DNA of 64,000 nucleotides from Candidatus Magasanikiibacteriota bacterium (GTDB lineage Bacteria > Patescibacteriota > Patescibacteriia > Magasanikbacterales > GWA2-37-8). Position numbers and translations under genes: made by a program. Below the pieces are notes generated by a model, which searched no databases, had not been told where the DNA came from, and was given only the letters and a program-made list of their open reading frames with translations. Location: NCBI GenBank assembly GCA_030650025.1, contig JAUSEN010000008.1, positions 1,164 through 65,163 of the forward strand, in the 5' to 3' direction. Below, piece after piece: positions 63,326 through 64,000 of this stretch; the stretch's first letter is position 1; each line of letters opens with the position of its first letter.

Positions 63326-63472
63326 ATGATATAAATACTTTAATTGATTTATACAGAAGATAGACTTGTCCGCCGACGAGGCGGAAGAAAGTTGTTGATT
63401 AGTAATCATTCTATCGACCAAGAACGATAAACCAGCCAACAACCAGCACCATCTTCGCTTAATTAAATTTAT

Positions 63473-63958
63473 TTAATAAAACAATTTAACGCCAATATCA
63501 TACAGGCTTACGCCTAAAACCGCAAGATATGTTATTAACACCACTCCGGTAAAAAATATGGCGTGCGGCAGGCGAAAATACTTAGGCTTGATATCGCCTT
63601 GTAATCTGGCCTTATAAAAAACCAAGGCCATAATAATATTTTCGGTCGCTATAAAAATGCCGCCCACTACTTCTAAAATAAGAATAAACGAGCGCAACCC
63701 CAAAACAAACAGTCCAATTGGCACCACTGCCACCAAAAATGCCGCCGTTAATTTTTTTATTTTATAATCCCAAATAAACGTTTCCTTAAGAGCGGTGCCG
63801 ACGCCCATATAGGCTGTGCTCATGGCCAAAATCGCAAAAATATTAGCAAAGAGTAGCATGCCAGCGCCAAATTTATTGCCTAGAGCCACCGTGGCCACTT
63901 CAGTAACAGTATCGCCGAGCACCCCGACTACCGCTACCGCGAATAAAATATAAACCAA
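63473..63958 (-). CDS. Hydrophobic membrane protein, hypothetical (possibly the C-terminal part of a longer transporter-like gene near the window edge)
   Basis: 161-aa ORF with ~5 TM helices and no motif. The in-frame region continues toward the window end. Confidence 0.35.
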   Translation of the reverse strand: MVYILFAVAVVGVLGDTVTEVATVALGNKFGAGMLLFANIFAILAMSTAYMGVGTALKETFIWDYKIKKLTAAFLVAVVPIGLFVLGLRSFILILEVVGGIFIATENIIMALVFYKARLQGDIKPKYFRLPHAIFFTGVVLITYLAVLGVSLYDIGVKLFY

Positions 63959-64000
63959 AGTAGAGAGTAATGTCCCGATAATCAGAGCGCGCCGAAAACG

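Noticed and set aside
1-64000. tRNA and rRNA genes
   Set aside because: I scanned the intergenic regions for T-arm-like GGTTCRANYCC motifs and rRNA-like conserved blocks. None was found.

Overview
The window is about 90% coding and reads like a compact, streamlined bacterial chromosome. The gene content suggests a Patescibacteria/CPR-like organism; this is inference from gene content, not proven. No rRNA, tRNA or CRISPR array was found.

Most genes lie on the minus strand. Recognisable blocks:
- A ribosomal alpha-operon: rpmJ, rpsM, rpsK, rpsD, rpoA, rplQ, rplM, rpsI, with infA upstream.
- The start of the dcw cluster: mraZ, rsmH and an ftsL-like gene.
- alaS and mnmA.
- dnaB, ybaB and recR on the plus strand, followed by rplU.
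- A membrane-anchored Clp ATPase next to an MraY/WecA-family transferase.
- murJ, lepA and recJ on the plus strand.
- An envelope-glycan cluster: GT4, GT2, DUF2304, a UXS-like dehydratase, a WbaP-like sugar transferase and an S8 peptidase.
- pyrG, rplI, era, ctpA, murA and metK.

The most notable observations:
1. Several families of short GC-rich palindromic or MITE-like elements occur both between genes and inserted in-frame inside intact essential genes. This resembles Rickettsia palindromic elements. The elements include TGTCAT...ATGACA terminal inverted repeats and CCCTCTCC...GGAGAGGG palindromes. The host genes are mnmA (four insertions), a PPDK_N-domain gene, an MBL-fold gene and era.
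2. An ~0.9 kb GC-rich island at 56.8-57.7 kb sits in AT-rich DNA. It carries a secreted M23 peptidase gene behind a near-consensus TTGACA-16-TATACT promoter that overlaps the era terminator. Horizontal acquisition is likely.
3. A conserved two-hairpin leader with an AAAGGA-containing loop abuts the start codons of rplQ, rpsM and mraZ. The mraZ copy has compensatory stem changes.
4. A split, domain-permuted operon encodes PEP-utilising and PPDK_N phosphotransfer proteins flanked by HD hydrolases.
5. RpoA lacks the alpha C-terminal domain, and AlaRS lacks the C-Ala domain.
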